This document shows positions 56,231 through 64,000 of a DNA stretch of 64,000 nucleotides, piece by piece. The stretch is from IMG/VR virus record IMGVR_UViG_3300032562_000006. One strand, given 5' to 3'. The notes beneath the pieces were generated by a model. That model saw only the letters and a list, made by a program, of their open reading frames with translations. It was not told where the DNA came from and did not search any database. Numbering within the stretch: position 1 is the first letter of the stretch; every line of letters begins with the position of its first letter. A program made the translations under genes and the position numbers. Source of the stretch: an uncultured virus (IMG/VR IMGVR_UViG_3300032562_000006) (lineage: Duplodnaviria > Heunggongvirae > Uroviricota > Caudoviricetes).

Positions 56231-56285
56231 GACTCCCCACTAGATCTCCTACGGAGATTCTAGCGGGGAGTCACTGCTATGTCAA
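56231..56285 (-). promoter_or_regulatory. SigA promoter whose -10 lies in the arm of a terminator-like hairpin
   Basis: TTGACA 56285-80, 17 nt, TAGAAT 56262-57; inverted repeat 56231-56272 followed by TTTTT on the minus strand. Confidence 0.75.
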
Positions 56286-56402
56286 GCTACTTGTCCTGCG
56301 TTGCCCTGCAATAGTACCATACACAGGGCATATACGCAGCTTGCTGCTAGGCTGCAGCTCGTCGCACAGCAGGGCGGCAACGGGGGGGCTAGTGCACGCA
56401 AA

Positions 56403-56434
56403 AGACGGCCAGGTGCGTGCGCACCTGGCCGTCT
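56403..56434 (-). terminator. intrinsic terminator
   Basis: AGACGGCCAGGTGC/GCACCTGGCCGTCT followed by T tract on the minus strand. Confidence 0.75.
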
Positions 56435-56453
56435 ACTGTTCTGCTACTGCGTA

Positions 56454-57506
56454 CTACGCTCCGACAGGTGACCCGGTGTACAGGTTGAAGGTACCGGGGC
56501 CGGTCTTGACCACGAGTGAGTTAGCCGGGGTCACGGCAGGCGCATCAGCGCTGGTGCCGTTCGCCGAGGACACCACCTCCTGACTCAGCCAGGTGTTGAA
56601 GATCTTCAGCGTGTAAGCGTGGTTCCGACCGTGCGTCGTGTGCGTCGCGTTGGCGGCGCGCAGCTCACTGAACATGGCTTCCTCGCCCGAGAGAGGTGTG
56701 GCAGGCGTGCGGTCAGTGATGTCAACCACGGTTCCGGCACCAGCCCAGTGCGCCGAGCCGAAGGTGCCGGGGAAGGCCACGTCCACTGGACCGCCGGTGT
56801 TGTCGTCGTTGGGGTTGGTGTCCCAGGCCGACGCGGTGAAGTCGCTGCCGTGCTTCTCCAGCTGGAGAAACACCTGCTGGCCGACAGCGATGCCTTCGCC
56901 GCTGCTGTCATCGCCGAGCACCTGGGACGTGGTGTCCGTGACGACCGTGAAGCCGTCCTGGTACGTGGTGCCCGGGGCGGGGTTGAGCGCGCCGCCACTG
57001 GTGCAGACGTTGACCTTGGTGCCGCCGAGGTACGGGTTAGTGGCGGTGGGGTCGTACGTGGTGGTGCCGGTAGCCTCCCACACGTCGTATGCCTGCTCGG
57101 CGGGGTTCCACACGAAACCCAGCTGCGCGAGATTACAGGACAGGGAGCCCGGGACGGTGCCGGGCAGGATGTTCCCGTTGGCGTTGGCACCCACCACGCT
57201 GGTCAGCTCGATGCCCAGCGAGCCGTTAGCTCCTGCCTGCTCTGCTGGGGCAAGTGGCGTGAGGTTGGTCTGCACCTCCTGGAACGCCGTACTCGCCCAG
57301 GTGAAGTACCCAGCCTCACCGTTGGAGGTGTTCACCGCACCCTGGCCGAGAGAGCGGAACATGTCTGGCGTCGCTGTCACCGTCGCCGTCGCCCTCCGAA
57401 ACTGCGGAGAGTGCGTGGAGGCGCTGGCACTGCCAGACGCGAGTGCCACACCTCCGAGGGCTGCGGCAACTGCGACCGTGGTCGCGATAGCCTTGCGAGA
57501 AAACAT
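56454..57506 (-). CDS. secreted hypothetical protein
   Basis: Sec signal peptide MFSRKAIATTVAVAAALGGVALASGSASA; strongly C-ending codon usage. Confidence 0.75.
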   Translation of the reverse strand: MFSRKAIATTVAVAAALGGVALASGSASASTHSPQFRRATATVTATPDMFRSLGQGAVNTSNGEAGYFTWASTAFQEVQTNLTPLAPAEQAGANGSLGIELTSVVGANANGNILPGTVPGSLSCNLAQLGFVWNPAEQAYDVWEATGTTTYDPTATNPYLGGTKVNVCTSGGALNPAPGTTYQDGFTVVTDTTSQVLGDDSSGEGIAVGQQVFLQLEKHGSDFTASAWDTNPNDDNTGGPVDVAFPGTFGSAHWAGAGTVVDITDRTPATPLSGEEAMFSELRAANATHTTHGRNHAYTLKIFNTWLSQEVVSSANGTSADAPAVTPANSLVVKTGPGTFNLYTGSPVGA

Positions 57507-57580
57507 GCGGTACTGTCCTTCCGGTTGCATGCCCGTTGCGGGCATGTGCTAAACCTAGCAGCTGCGAGCAGTGGATGCAA

Positions 57581-58222
57581 CTATGACTGCACGGGCGACA
57601 TGGGCGACACGGGCGGGGCGTCTGCGATCAGCCGGTCATTCCCGTACTTCTCCCAGACAAGACGGGCAAGCGTGATGACGGCAGCTTCATATGTCGGACC
57701 GCCGCAGTCCAGCTCGATGTCGTGCCAGTGGCAGTGGACGCTGCTGTGCTCGTGGTCATCGGCGAACAGGTTCCACTTGCCTGTTTCCAGCCAGACCTCC
57801 GTCTGTGTGTTCAGCGAGTCGTCCTCGTTGATCGTTCCTGTCCCGTCAACTAGCACGACCATGACATCAATGCTGTTGCTGCCGAATCCGCAATCTCTTT
57901 CCAGCATGGAAACATGATTCTTCGGCTTGTCCGAATTGCGGTGTTCTGTAAATTTCCAGAACATCGGGTGATCGTTGAGGTAGTGCCAGCTGTCATGAAA
58001 ACTGTCCGGATTGACTTCATACGCACGTGAAGTTTCATCCCAGGCTCCTTTCACTACCTCCCAGAAGTTATGATGCACGCGGGGCGGGCACAGCCATCGG
58101 TAGTGGTGCTCCCCCTCCGCTTTTTCCTGCTCGTAAATCTCATGACGCATCGGCCATACCGGGTCCCCGTCGTCATCGGACAGGTCGACTGCTGGGAACA
58201 CGATCTCCTTGTGCGGGAGCAC
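57581..58222 (-). CDS. hypothetical protein
   Basis: AAGGA RBS; promoter TTGCAT-17-TATACT at 58328-58300; HDIELDCGGPTYEAAVI motif. Confidence 0.7.
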   Translation of the reverse strand: MLPHKEIVFPAVDLSDDDGDPVWPMRHEIYEQEKAEGEHHYRWLCPPRVHHNFWEVVKGAWDETSRAYEVNPDSFHDSWHYLNDHPMFWKFTEHRNSDKPKNHVSMLERDCGFGSNSIDVMVVLVDGTGTINEDDSLNTQTEVWLETGKWNLFADDHEHSSVHCHWHDIELDCGGPTYEAAVITLARLVWEKYGNDRLIADAPPVSPMSPVQS

Positions 58223-58336
58223 TATTTTCCTTCCTGCATGCTGAGGAGCGCCCCGGCCGCCGTGGGGATGGGGTGGACGTCCGGCCGGGGCGCTCTGTCA
58301 GTATAGCGAACTACTGCCGATCATGCAAGCGGTGTT

Positions 58337-59818
58337 CTACCTGCGGGGCTGAACCACCATGTAGTCGCCCTCGTACATGGTGCGGCGCAGCACGTTCTCC
58401 ATCCGTTCTACGAGCAGTTCATCGATCCCGGGCTGCCGGTGCGATGCCTCGTGAGCAGCCTGCTGGACTTCCAGCTGCTCACGAACTCCGGCTGCTGCGG
58501 CGAGCAGGTCCTCGGTAGTGATGGTGTCCAGCCGACCGCCGGTCCGGTCTAGGCTGTAGAGGATCGCCTTTCCGGCTGCCTCGCTAGCGAAAGCCGGGTA
58601 GAATCCCTTGAAAGCCTCAGCTACCGCCTGGTAGTTGACGTCCGCAGCTAGCTGCGCGGCCGGGATGATGGACTTGACCAGGGTGGTGTACCCGTCCCCT
58701 TCCAGGCCCTCGATGGAGATGATGTGGTCGATCCGGCCTGGCCGGAGTGCGGCCTTGTCGATCTTTTCGAGGAAGTTGGTCGTGAGCAGCCCGATAACCT
58801 CCTGTCCCTTGGTGCTCACCGAGTCCATGAGGTCGAGGATCCGGTCTACTTCTTCCCTGGACTTGCCCTCGGTAAGGAGTTCGAAGTCCTCGATGAACAC
58901 GACTGCCGGGGCGTACATCTTTGCCGTCTGCAGCGCCTGCAGCGGGTCGTCCTCGGATCGGACGATGATGAACGTCCAGCCGTGTTCAAGCGCGATCTGC
59001 GCCGTGAGCACTCCGGCGAGCGACTTGCCGGTGCCGTACGGCCCCTTCAGCAGCACGGTCCGCTTCAGCGACCGGTTCATGTCACGCAGCTGCTGCGCGT
59101 ACCGGATGTGCGTCCAGACGTTGGCACTCAGCTGCCTCATGACGGCAGGCGTGTAGACGACGCTTTCCGGGCGGACCGAGAACGCATTGAAGAACCCGGG
59201 GGTGCTTGCTGCCGTAATCGCCTTGCCCCGGTATATGCTGTTGTTGCGCAGGTGCGCTTCAACAACGTCGAAGAAGCCCTCAATCTTGCGCCGGTGCTTG
59301 CGGGGTGCCTCGCAGGTAATCTCCGAGACGTAACCCAGCTCCGGGTGGGACGTGTACTTGACGGTGAACACTGCGTCGAGCGCAGTGAACCCGACCTTGC
59401 CCCACGGAGCTTCGGTGTGCTCTCCGATGCCGGTTTCGACCGACTGAATCTCCGGCGGTATGTCCCCGAACATGGTCCTGGTGACCATGCCGATCCCCTG
59501 CGCTCCGAACAGCTCGGACATGGCCCGGCTGAAGGCGACAGCTCCGTCCATCATCCGGTACGGGAACATGCGCTTGAAAACGATCTTCTTCTCTTCCGAG
59601 CGCCGCACCTCATCCAGGTGACGCATCACCCCGGCGAGGTCGCCTTCGAAGGAGGCCGGGAAACGGAACCCGGTCCCTTCGTAAACGATGGTGTCCTCAC
59701 CGGACACCTGGCCGCCCAGCGCGGCAAGATTCTCCAGTATCCTCTTCTTCAGTTCAGCTTCCGCCATCTGACGGGCGGCGGGAGTTGCGGGCAGAGCCTT
59801 TACTTCCGTGTCTGACAC
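58337..59818 (-). CDS. AAA+ ATPase
   Basis: GPYGTGKS, VVFIED, TTN...ALRPGRID. Confidence 0.9.
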   Translation of the reverse strand: MSDTEVKALPATPAARQMAEAELKKRILENLAALGGQVSGEDTIVYEGTGFRFPASFEGDLAGVMRHLDEVRRSEEKKIVFKRMFPYRMMDGAVAFSRAMSELFGAQGIGMVTRTMFGDIPPEIQSVETGIGEHTEAPWGKVGFTALDAVFTVKYTSHPELGYVSEITCEAPRKHRRKIEGFFDVVEAHLRNNSIYRGKAITAASTPGFFNAFSVRPESVVYTPAVMRQLSANVWTHIRYAQQLRDMNRSLKRTVLLKGPYGTGKSLAGVLTAQIALEHGWTFIIVRSEDDPLQALQTAKMYAPAVVFIEDFELLTEGKSREEVDRILDLMDSVSTKGQEVIGLLTTNFLEKIDKAALRPGRIDHIISIEGLEGDGYTTLVKSIIPAAQLAADVNYQAVAEAFKGFYPAFASEAAGKAILYSLDRTGGRLDTITTEDLLAAAAGVREQLEVQQAAHEASHRQPGIDELLVERMENVLRRTMYEGDYMVVQPRR

Positions 59819-59963
59819 GCTTGCCTATCCTTCCTTTGCACCGGGTTCCCGTTGCACCCGGCTGCGTTGCGGTACTAGTACTAGCCTACTGTACGGGGGG
59901 CGTCATTGTGCCGCATTGCGGGTATCAGGCGGCAGCGGAGGCAATTCCCGCAGCCGCTGTAGC

Positions 59964-60674
59964 TCACTGATGGTGACCAGGCGCTCCAGGCGCTCCTGAG
60001 TCGGCCTGGGCATCCCCCGGAATGACGGGAGCGGAGGGAGCTGCCGTCGCTGGAGGGACCTGAATGTCTGACGGAGATAGGGTCGCATTCCCTTCACCAT
60101 TTCTTTCCTGTGCTAGCTGTGCCCGCATCATTGCTACGATCCTGGTTTCTGCTACCGGCGTGAGGTCCCAGGCGTCCATGCCGATATGTATTTCCCGGGC
60201 GGATGTTCTCCGGACGGAACTGTGCGTGTGACCGTGCAGCAGCCAGTTTCCCTCATCCCGGAGGCGGTACTGGTTGTACTGCGGCCGGTGAATAGAATCC
60301 GCCGTGTACGGGAAGTGGCTTATCAGGACCAGCTGGCCGTCAATCGTCACCTGGAGAAACGGCTGGATGGAAGCAAAAACCTTCTTATACTCCCCGTGCT
60401 TAGCCCATGAGTTGGGGTGCCCGCTCCAGCAGTCGTCGTGATTACCGGTGATCAGGTGCTTAATCCCGTTCATCCGGGTGTACAGCTGGAGTGAAATGCT
60501 CCGGCGTCCCATGACGGCATCCCCTGCTACGAACACAGTGTCCTTGACGCCGACCGTGTTATTCCAGCGCTCGATTATTACCTCGTTGTGCTCCTCGACA
60601 CTAGCGAACCCCCTGATAGCGGACAGAAGGATATGGCCGACATGCGGGTCTGACGTGAACAGCCGTTTGCTCAT
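59964..60674 (-). CDS. calcineurin-like metallophosphoesterase
   Basis: SDPHVGH, GD, GNHD, SHFP, HGHTH. Confidence 0.9.
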   Translation of the reverse strand: MSKRLFTSDPHVGHILLSAIRGFASVEEHNEVIIERWNNTVGVKDTVFVAGDAVMGRRSISLQLYTRMNGIKHLITGNHDDCWSGHPNSWAKHGEYKKVFASIQPFLQVTIDGQLVLISHFPYTADSIHRPQYNQYRLRDEGNWLLHGHTHSSVRRTSAREIHIGMDAWDLTPVAETRIVAMMRAQLAQERNGEGNATLSPSDIQVPPATAAPSAPVIPGDAQADSGAPGAPGHHQ

Positions 60675-60949
60675 GCAGGTGTGAGTCTTCCTTTCCTGTT
60701 CCTCACCCCCCAGTGGGTGACCGACGGGGGGACGTACCGTGCGTACCAGTCGATAACCTCGGCGATGTTCCACTGCTTGAAACCGTCACCATCCAGGTGG
60801 TGATAGTCCGGGAACTGGCTGCGCTCACGCCGCAGCCACCAGGCTCGCACGCCCTGCCGGGAAACGCTGCGCGGCCCGGCGTCAGTCAGGCGCCGGGCCA
60901 CCTCGGTGAAGCCGCCGTACGCGGGGGGCGGTGCTAGAGTTGTAGTCAT
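60671..60949 (-). CDS. putative HTH DNA-binding protein (excisionase/AlpA-like)
   Basis: GFTEVARRL...VSRQGVRAW...FP...WNIAEVIDW; upstream TGc-TATAAT at ~60993-98. Confidence 0.65.
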   Translation of the reverse strand: MTTTLAPPPAYGGFTEVARRLTDAGPRSVSRQGVRAWWLRRERSQFPDYHHLDGDGFKQWNIAEVIDWYARYVPPSVTHWGVRNRKGRLTPA

Positions 60950-61021
60950 ACTGCTTCCTTGTCCCCGCGTACGGCGGGCTATGCCTTACTTATTATAGCA
61001 CTGTATAGCACCGGGGATACA

Positions 61022-61579
61022 CTAGAAGGGCAGTTCCGGACCCTTGCCCGCCCCGTGGTGAGCGGGGTGTGAGGGGTGCGAGGCGTGCGGAGTGACGCCG
61101 TTGCCCGGGGTCGGCATGAACACGCCGAAGGCGGTGTCGGGGATGGAGCCGGAGGCGCGGTGCGTGTTGCCGTCGGCCGGAGGACGGAACGAGTCCAGGT
61201 CGTTGCGATCCTGCTCGTTCCACTGCCTGACGGTCACCTTGCCCTGGAAGCGACGGTGCTCTAGGTCGCTGGCGATCTTTTCGAGAGACGGGTTCTTGGC
61301 GAGATACTCCCGGTCGAGGCCAAGAGCCGCGAGCTTGCGGATGAGGAAGCTGAGGGCGGTGGGATTCTCGGGACTGACGACTAGGTTCGAGAAGATTTTC
61401 GCACCTTCGTGCGGTCCGGCCTCTACCCTGGCGACGAGCTTTACCATGTCCTTGCCGCTGCTCTGCGCCTGCGTGGCCTCGGCGGACTCGATGTACATGT
61501 CGTAGTCGCCTGCGGGGATGGCGCTGAAGCCAGCCTCGTCACTCGCCGCCAACCATTCCGACCATTTTAGAACACTCAT
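61022..61579 (-). CDS. DUF669-like single-stranded DNA-binding protein
   Basis: IPAGDY...SSGKDM...GAKIF, C-terminal ELPF tail; next to Sak4-like gene. Confidence 0.75.
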   Translation of the reverse strand: MSVLKWSEWLAASDEAGFSAIPAGDYDMYIESAEATQAQSSGKDMVKLVARVEAGPHEGAKIFSNLVVSPENPTALSFLIRKLAALGLDREYLAKNPSLEKIASDLEHRRFQGKVTVRQWNEQDRNDLDSFRPPADGNTHRASGSIPDTAFGVFMPTPGNGVTPHASHPSHPAHHGAGKGPELPF

Positions 61580-61582
61580 TCG

Positions 61583-62308
61583 CTATGGCTCCTTCGTGTC
61601 GTTGTGAATCTTCTTGATTAGATCTTCGATCCTGGGATTGTCAGTGTACTCCCCGAGCTGACCACCTAGACGGTCGCCCGTCTCGTACCCCTGGAACGTG
61701 CCTGTCAGCAGCCTGTACACGATGGAGCCGTCCTCCTGCGGAGCCTTGACCATGAACCCCTCGCAGTCTACTAGGTAGGGGGCGACGGAAGCAAGCTGGC
61801 CGATGAGCAGCGGACGGTAAATGTTGTCCTGCCCGAGCTTGGTCATCGTTATCATCATCACGCACTGCAACGGCCTGGTCGGATGCGTGACAAGATCTCG
61901 GAACTTCCTGATCAGATCTGTGGAGATCCTTAGCAACTGACCGTAGTCTTGCATTTTCGGAGCGTTGATGCCGGTCAGGTCATCCAGGATCTTGGTCTGG
62001 ACCTCGCTCAGACTGTCCAGTACTACTGACTCGAAATCGTGATCCCCCGCTAGGAGCCATTCGTACGCCTTGCTCATCGTACGAAACTGCCGGACTGGCA
62101 CGATGGCAGTGTCCCAGGTGCCGTCAGCCTTCGGCGGGCGATCCCTTGTCGGGTCCCACAGGATCTTACGGCTAGGAGTGAACCGGCTGCCTGTCTCAGC
62201 GTCCAGCACTAGCCGAGGCCCCGGAGTTGTGTCTCCTAGCCAGCTCTTACCGTGCTTGGAAAACCCGTGGATGAGAAACGTCACCCCTGGCGGTGGTGCT
62301 TCAGTCAT
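61583..62308 (-). CDS. AAA_24 / Sak4-like ssDNA-annealing ATPase
   Basis: HGFSKHGKS, LDAETG, VVLDSLSE. Confidence 0.78.
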   Translation of the reverse strand: MTEAPPPGVTFLIHGFSKHGKSWLGDTTPGPRLVLDAETGSRFTPSRKILWDPTRDRPPKADGTWDTAIVPVRQFRTMSKAYEWLLAGDHDFESVVLDSLSEVQTKILDDLTGINAPKMQDYGQLLRISTDLIRKFRDLVTHPTRPLQCVMMITMTKLGQDNIYRPLLIGQLASVAPYLVDCEGFMVKAPQEDGSIVYRLLTGTFQGYETGDRLGGQLGEYTDNPRIEDLIKKIHNDTKEP

Positions 62309-62915
62309 TACCTTCCTCGTTTCCCTCCGTGCTGATATGACTGAGTGTATCAGCTTCCTGCTCCGGTAGCAAGTCCGTTTCCTGAAGAGCTGCTTTTTTT
62401 GCTCGACTTACCTCCCATCGCTGACGCATGATCTCACTTCGCTCCTCTGGCGGGATCTTGCTCCACATCCGGCGGAATCCCTGACTGATAGCTTCTATTT
62501 GCGCGGGTGTCTTTACATAACCTCCCTGTGCCCTGCGTGTTGCTACCTTGCGATAGTTTACGTCATCGTAGGCTAGGTGACACTTACGGCAGAGCGGGAT
62601 GTAGTCCGTCATCGGGTCTAGGCCATCCGTGTTGTGCACTGTCGCCCACTCCTTCGCAGGATTACCGCAATGATCACATATCTGGTCTGCGGCTCGGCCG
62701 CGTGCACGGTAGACACGATAGTGAAGTGTCGCGTAGGATGGTTCCTGTGTTGCTTTCCTCTTGCTGGCCGATCCGGTCTTTCTGCAATCTGTACTGCAGT
62801 AACGACGTCGTTTGTACTGACTCACGTACTCCCCGTCACGACGCAGTATCTCCTTGCCGCACTGCTCGCAGATTCTCGGCTCTTGCTCCACGTGACTCCC
62901 TCCGGTGCTGTTCAT
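62301..62915 (-). CDS. free-standing HNH-like endonuclease with zinc finger
   Basis: CEQCG...YCSTDC; YATLHYRV...CDHCG...LCRKCH. Confidence 0.72.
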   Translation of the reverse strand: MNSTGGSHVEQEPRICEQCGKEILRRDGEYVSQYKRRRYCSTDCRKTGSASKRKATQEPSYATLHYRVYRARGRAADQICDHCGNPAKEWATVHNTDGLDPMTDYIPLCRKCHLAYDDVNYRKVATRRAQGGYVKTPAQIEAISQGFRRMWSKIPPEERSEIMRQRWEVSRAKKAALQETDLLPEQEADTLSHISTEGNEEGND

Positions 62916-62951
62916 TCATAGTAGACCGGTTTTAGTTAAGGAGCAAGGGAT

Positions 62952-63425
62952 ATGACTGAGCAGTCAAGGTCGATGCGGGCCGCTCTGTGGGCGGATCCTG
63001 GCGGCACAACCGGACTGGCGCTGTGGGATTTCGTCGAACAGAGATTCAATAGTACGCAACTTCAGTTCCGCGAGACCGGAGCCCTTGTCGAGGACCTTGT
63101 GACACGCTATGGTAGTGACTTCTACCTTGGGTACGAGCAGTTCACGATCACGCCTGGTAGGCAGATAAAGCACGATGGATCCGCACTCATGGTCATTGGT
63201 ATGCTAAGATGGCTCACAGTTAAGCATAACGTGGCGATGCTCCCGTCCCAGCCCCCCTCGGCACGGAGGCTAGGGCTCAAGCATCTGAAAACACTTGGAT
63301 GGTACCGGGCCGGACAGCAGCACGGAATGGATGCAGCAGGTCATCTTGCGACCTGGGCTATCACTAACGATCTGCTTCCCGAGGAACTGAAGGAGCGACT
63401 GCGGGATGTCAGTAGCGGGGCTTGA
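62952..63425 (+). CDS. RuvC-like Holliday junction resolvase
   Basis: ADPGGTTGLA, YEQF, HGMDAAGH. Confidence 0.72.
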   Translation: MTEQSRSMRAALWADPGGTTGLALWDFVEQRFNSTQLQFRETGALVEDLVTRYGSDFYLGYEQFTITPGRQIKHDGSALMVIGMLRWLTVKHNVAMLPSQPPSARRLGLKHLKTLGWYRAGQQHGMDAAGHLATWAITNDLLPEELKERLRDVSSGA

Positions 63426-64000
63426 CGAGGATACCATCATCCTCACCTGCAGTTATGCGGAAAGGGATCTGGTCATGCAGATCCCCGGCTCCCGCTGGGA
63501 TAAGAACCTGCAGCTGTGGCGGATGCCGCTGACCTGGGCGGCAGCGCTCCAGCTCCGCAGCCTGTTCGGCTCCGCTCTCGACCTGACGCCGGAACTGCAG
63601 GAGTGGGCCTGGCAGGTGAAGAACACCCGGATCGACCCCGCGATGGCGCTGCGCGAACTGCTGGAGCTACCTGACAGCAGCACTGATGAAGTCGCGTTTC
63701 ACGTGAAACAATGGCTGGACAAGATCGAGGCCGGGGGTGAGCTGCAGCTCAAGCCGTTCCAGCAGGCTGACGTCGCCTTCCTGGTCACCTGCGGCCAGGC
63801 GATTCTGGGGAACCAGCCGGGATCTGGCAAGTCACCGGTCACAATCAGGACGTTGCAGGTGCTGCAGCGGATGGGTCTGGATCCGTATCCCGCCCTCATC
63901 ATCTGCCCGAACAGCCTCAAGAATACGGTGTGGGCGAAGGAGCTGGCAGCCTGGGCACCCGAACTGTCGGTCACGGTGGTCGGCGGAACAGCACCCGCCC
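63406..64000 (+). CDS. SNF2-family helicase, N-terminal part (runs off the window; not in ORF track)
   Basis: IPGSRWD, LKPFQQADV (Q motif), GNQPGSGKS (motif I), LIICPNSLK..W..E (motif Ia). Confidence 0.85.
   Translation, partial: MSVAGLDEDTIILTCSYAERDLVMQIPGSRWDKNLQLWRMPLTWAAALQLRSLFGSALDLTPELQEWAWQVKNTRIDPAMALRELLELPDSSTDEVAFHVKQWLDKIEAGGELQLKPFQQADVAFLVTCGQAILGNQPGSGKSPVTIRTLQVLQRMGLDPYPALIICPNSLKNTVWAKELAAWAPELSVTVVGGTAPA
63696..63709. promoter_or_regulatory. parS-like palindrome GTTTCACGTGAAAC
   Basis: perfect 14-bp match to the actinobacterial parS core, inside the helicase CDS. Confidence 0.6.

Noticed and set aside
56619..59815. Long plus-strand ORFs (56619..57917, 56638..57552, 58724..59815) antisense to real genes
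   Set aside because: No motifs or RBS; expected shadow ORFs of GC-biased codon usage, unlike the antisense HNH in the intein, which has clear catalytic motifs and a promoter.
1..64000. Apparent abundance of CTAG/CCGG words as a modification-target signal
   Set aside because: A spot count by eye in the first ~3 kb looked close to random expectation; needs a Markov-corrected k-mer analysis that I cannot run.
1..64000. Prophage boundary, integrase or repressor
   Set aside because: No host housekeeping genes, integrase or att site recognised; lifestyle cannot be determined from this window.

Overview
A 64-kb segment of a GC-rich, tailed (siphovirus-like) phage genome. The host is probably actinobacterial, judging by leaderless genes behind SigA-type promoters, an Rpf-like gene and an actinobacterial-type parS palindrome. 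Order: leftward hypothetical genes; tRNA-Met and tRNA-Tyr flanked by structured non-coding RNA candidates; a secreted LysM/Rpf-like gene; an 8-gene DNA base hypermodification cluster (ParB-like, amino acid:DNA transferase, SAM methyltransferase, amidoligase, LMW-phosphatase, FAD oxidoreductase, P-loop kinase, TET/JBP dioxygenase) running straight into terS/terL; head genes (portal-MuF-Nudix-ParB fusion, protease/scaffold, major capsid); tail genes (tube, frameshifted chaperones, tape measure, minor tails); lysis genes; a six-gene glycosylation cassette; then replication/recombination genes (AAA ATPase, phosphoesterase, SSB-like, Sak4-like, HNH, RuvC-like, SNF2 helicase cut by the window edge). 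The most striking feature is a 353-aa intein in the TerL Walker A motif. Its homing endonuclease (HNH) is not in the intein frame. It is encoded entirely on the opposite strand with its own leaderless promoter, while the intein frame stays open across it. All calls come from motif recognition by eye; no database searches were run.
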